Below are positions 60,067 to 64,000 of a stretch of 64,000 nt of DNA, piece after piece. Each line of letters begins with the position of its first letter. Within the stretch, counting starts at the first letter, position 1. Under the pieces are notes generated by a model. It was not told where the DNA came from. It searched no databases and was given only the letters and a program-made list of their open reading frames with translations. Origin of the DNA: Neoechinorhynchus agilis (Eukaryota > Animalia > Acanthocephala); the NCBI GenBank assembly GCA_051530055.1, contig CM121341.1:15788784-15852783 (forward strand), written 5' to 3'. The translations under genes and the position numbers were made by a program.

Positions 60067-60663
60067 ATGCAGACACACGCAAAATATAGAAATTCCTTAC
60101 ATAAATGATAGGTGGAATTCCAATATAGAAACATTGATCAAACAACTCGATATGAAGAAGGAATGCATTATGTATTCCAAAAGGGGACAAACACTATATT
60201 GTTTGTTACAACCTAAAAGAGTGGACAATATAAACGAGTGCGTCTATAGGATCCCCTGCGTGGACTGTGATCAATCGTATGTAGGAAAAACGAACAATAT
60301 AAAGAGACGGCTCAACGAACATCGCAGAACTGTGTCCAGAAAAATGGATACAAGCTCTGCGATTGTACACCACGTGATTGAAAATGATTATCGGATCAAT
60401 TTTGATGCCACTGACATTCTAGCAAAATGTAACAACCGTAGAGACAGAATAACGATGGAGGCCATTTTAATACAAACAACGCGTACATTTACGCACAATA
60501 AGGCGGATTACAAACTACACCTGCGCCTTCCACCTGATATACGTCTTAAAGGGCAAATGGTTGTAAAGTGACGTGTTTTAGATATCTGAACAAGGCCCAC
60601 TCTCAGGCCGAAAATTAATTAAATTAATCTTTAATTCTTTAATTACGCCAAATATCAATTTAA
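60067..60663 (+). mobile_element. Near-identical 3' copy (GIY-YIG + pLTR) of the Penelope element
   Basis: Reverse complement of 53930-54525; degenerate inverted piece upstream at ~59850-59935. Confidence 0.92.
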
Positions 60664-61016
60664 CAATGGCAAATATATATTCAAGTTTTCTTCGTATCGC
60701 ACTCAAATAAGAGGCATACAGTAACGATGTTCTCTCTATTTTTTACAGAAGTGCGGTAAAAGATTGACGTAAAGGAAAAAATCCTAATAATAATAATTTG
60801 TTTAGTGCGCGCAGTCTGAAAAATCTGCAATATTAAAGTCAAGGATTAAATTTATAGAAAGGGTATAGATAAATTATATCAATTTAATATTCTCGTTGAA
60901 CCCTAAATTAAGCGCCACCCACTTATTATCAGCCACTTTTTTCACATCTATCGTTATGTGTAACCAATAAAGAGAATTTTTATTTCGTTTGAAGATTTTT
61001 GAAATTCAATCAATCT

Positions 61017-61430
61017 TCATTTCTCGACAATTAACACACTCACCACCTCCCGCCGAATTCCAGCTTTTGTCCTTCCTCGACCGCCCGTTGTACTGCTTGC
61101 GAGATATTTTGTCGAAGGAATACGCCTGCTCTTGAGTCTCCGGTTGCCTCTCTCAATTTCTTCGAGAGATCCTGGAGCAGAGAGAGTGCCGAGCTGCCGA
61201 GCGCTCCATACGTCTCTACCCCAAAGGGGACAAAATAGTGAGCCTCGATAAGTGAAGATATTTCCGTATTTTCCTCCCTTCCGCTGCACTGGCGGCACCA
61301 CCGGCGATTTCGAGGGAGTAGGGGATGTTGCTGGCTGCGAGGGTATCCACACACGTGGCGTCCCTGAGAAGGCATTTGCCCTCCCGCCACGGGAAGACCG
61401 AAATTCCATCGGGCCTACGGATTGTAAATT
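61017..61430 (-). mobile_element. CRE-like RLE 3' fragment
   Basis: RRPDGISVFPWREGKCLL.DATCVDTLAAS..EGRK..KY; FVPFGVETYG..ATGDSRAGVFLRQNISQAVQR. Confidence 0.8.
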
Positions 61431-62039
61431 TCATTTAGATTAATTTGGCCACCAGATGATGAGAGAAATATAATGCTCATCCGGTTATACAAATGATAAA
61501 CTTGTAGTCTTTTTTCTAAATTTGTTTTTGATACGTTTCATTAAACTGAACCCTCGTTCATCGTCACCCCTAGCGACTTGATTAATGCTACAAATATCTA
61601 ACATAAACGACAGTTCGGTCTTCATTCTTCAAAGTTTAGCTCACTATGTCGTGGAATGTATGACTATAACAATTTCAAACTTTTTCTGCAATCAAAAATG
61701 TGAAGTTGACATACTGATCACAGACTTGAGGTGGCATTTTCATAACACTTTGGTATAAACCATGGAAACTTTGTGATGATACGTTTATACTTTTCATAAA
61801 GTTGAACCCTCGTTCATAGTCAGCACAATGTCACCCCCATCACACATTTGATTAAACATTCTAAGCAGTGTTTCAATATTTTGCACAAATGAACCTTATT
61901 TTAAAGCCAATGTCCAAGTCTTCTTTATGTTCTACAAGATGCACTCGAAACGTCATTCAGCTCAGTGAGTGTCCGGCGAAATTGTGTATTTTTAAGGTTT
62001 GCACAGCAGTAATTAAGGATTGCGTCACATTCCGAGTGG

Positions 62040-62190
62040 ATGTTTTCATTTGTCAATTGGAACCCATAGAATGCGCGAGTTTCAACCACTCACGTCTTTC
62101 GCAAAATTCTCGATTTATTTGAGAGGCATGAAATTTTGGACACCTAAAGAGTTATTTCACCAATCCGTCTAAAAGCTCAAAGTCGAATGT
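62040..62190 (-). pseudogene. Second RRM2 fragment (exon start plus upstream intron)
   Basis: Copy of ~63170-63310 including intron sequence. Confidence 0.8.
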
Positions 62191-62442
62191 TTTAAAAGCT
62201 TACGTACGAAAAAAAGGAGCAAAATATTTGGCGTGGTTTGAAGAACAAAAACGTGCTGTAGAAACTGTGATTAACGTTTTGCGTTCACATAATACTAAAA
62301 CTAATCTATGAACTTCGCATTTGCGAAGCTGACTCGCAAACTTAGTATCTAAAGATCTCAATGCGGGATGTTGACTTTGTTTAGTGCCTTTTCGCTCTCA
62401 ATACAGTAAAAATGAGTATCATCTTCTATCATAGATTTAAGA

Positions 62443-63850
62443 TCAGAAGTCAGCGTCCAAGGAGAATTCATGTGATTTATCTCCGTGATTTACGTTTGGA
62501 AGCAATACTCCAGCTTTCTGATACTCACCAACTCTTCTCTCGAAAAAATTAGTCTTGCCTTCAATCGATATATTTTCCATGAAATCAAATGGATTTGTCG
62601 CATTGTAAATCTTCAAAGGCAGAACATAACATTTTTCAATTTTATCAAAAGTTCAGCAAACCTTTGGGCATCCCAGATCAATCAATAATCGGTCAGCTAC
62701 GAAGTCAATATATTGACACATTAGACCAGCGTTCATTCCAATCAAACTATTGGGAATCGCTTCCTTCATAAATTCGTGTTCCACTTCCACAGCGGTAGTG
62801 ATTATTTCCTTCATTCGTTCTTGGCTAGGCTTGTATTTTAGATGTCTGAATAGAAGTACCGCAAACTCAACATGCAAACTCTCGTCTCGGCTGATAAGTT
62901 CATTGCTAAATGTTAGCCCGGGCATTAAACCCCTTTTCTTCATCCAGAATATCGCCGCAAATGACCCGCAAAAGAACACACCTTCAACTGTGGCAAAAGC
63001 TACCAACCGCTCCACAAATGGCAAAGTTTGATCTTTGATGTATCTGATAGCCCATTCCGCCTTTTTGCCTACGGTTTTCATCGTCGAAACTGCATTGAAA
63101 AGGCGATCCCGCTCATCGACTTCCTTTACGTAGGTATCAATCAAAAGACTGTACATTTCTGAGTGGATGTTTTCAATTGCTAATTGGAACCCATAGAATG
63201 CGCGAGCTTCTGCCACTTTCACATCTTTCGCAAAATTCTCGATCTATTTGAGAGGCATGAAATTTTGGTCAATAAAGAGTTATTTCACCAATCCGTCTAA
63301 AAGCTCAAAATCGCACCATTCAAAAGCTAGCTCACTGAAAAAAGACCAAACTGCTACAAAGCGCATTCTAAAGAACGACTTTTGCAATGGTAAAATCGAA
63401 GAATTGAGTATTTCCAAAATTTGATCCGGACAAAAAACACTCTATTGCGCTAGTAAAAAGAAGCGGATTCGTATCTGATCTTGAGCGCAATACCAGGACG
63501 ACGGGCAAAATATACTGACCAGATTTTCCATTACGATTCCATCAGACGCTGCAAAGAAAGCAAGGACGAATTTCAGGAAATGCTGTTCATCCGTTTTTAG
63601 TTGATTCCAATGAGTGAGATCTTTACTGAGATCCACTTCGGAAACCGTCCAAAACGATGCGACAGCCTGTTTGTACATCGTCCAGATTTCATCGAATTCA
63701 ATCGGGAAAAGGACAAATCGTTTCTCACGTTCAACCAATAAAATCTCTTCTTTGTCATGATCAAGACTCGCATACTAAGAAAAGATGAATGAAGAAATGG
63801 ACATTGTTTCAATGTACCTGAACAGAAGTAAAAGTTCCGTTAGAAGTCAT
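62443..63850 (-). CDS. RRM2: Ribonucleotide reductase small subunit (4 exons)
   Basis: [31 protein letters not shown]; [14 protein letters not shown]; [36 protein letters not shown]; [16 protein letters not shown]. Confidence 0.96.
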
Positions 63851-64000
63851 CTAAAGCGTTGAGAAAAGGTATAAAAAGTTGAACGATACTTGAACAACGA
63901 ATGGCTGGCTACGATTTTACAAAAAAACACTAATGGAATTCATTTGATGTGTAAAATGAGTCGTCAAAGTTTGCCGAGATGTCGACGAGTGACCGACGAT

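Overview
AT-rich nuclear DNA from a compact-genome eukaryote with short (~40-55 nt) GT-AG introns. An intact major vault protein gene argues against insects and nematodes; the species cannot be identified from this window. Host genes: RPS23, mitochondrial PheRS, an EF-hand protein, MVP, a Borealin-like protein, two TEX2-like SMP-domain copies, a DGAT1/SOAT-type MBOAT pair, TCTP, a MAU2-like protein, a class B DnaJ and RRM2. They sit among many retroelement relics (CRE-like 3' ends, an RTE LINE, L2-like ends, Penelope-like elements, Gypsy fragments), several MITE families and a 28S rRNA fragment. Three things stand out. (1) A ~384-bp partial-tandem element at 55726-56328 has a tRNA-like Pol III head followed by a hammerhead ribozyme whose three strands pair perfectly but occur in a non-canonical, permuted order. 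(2) An 8.2-kb palindrome (22636-30823) has arms that each carry a TEX2-like gene. Its spacer holds a frameshift-free 714-codon non-LTR-type reverse transcriptase frame interrupted only by TGA codons. (3) Two further families of minimal hammerhead motifs occur as palindromes, and one of them supplies the start of an EF-hand ORF. Several host genes show single-base indels, so assembly error is a standing caveat. Many coordinates were read by eye and are approximate.
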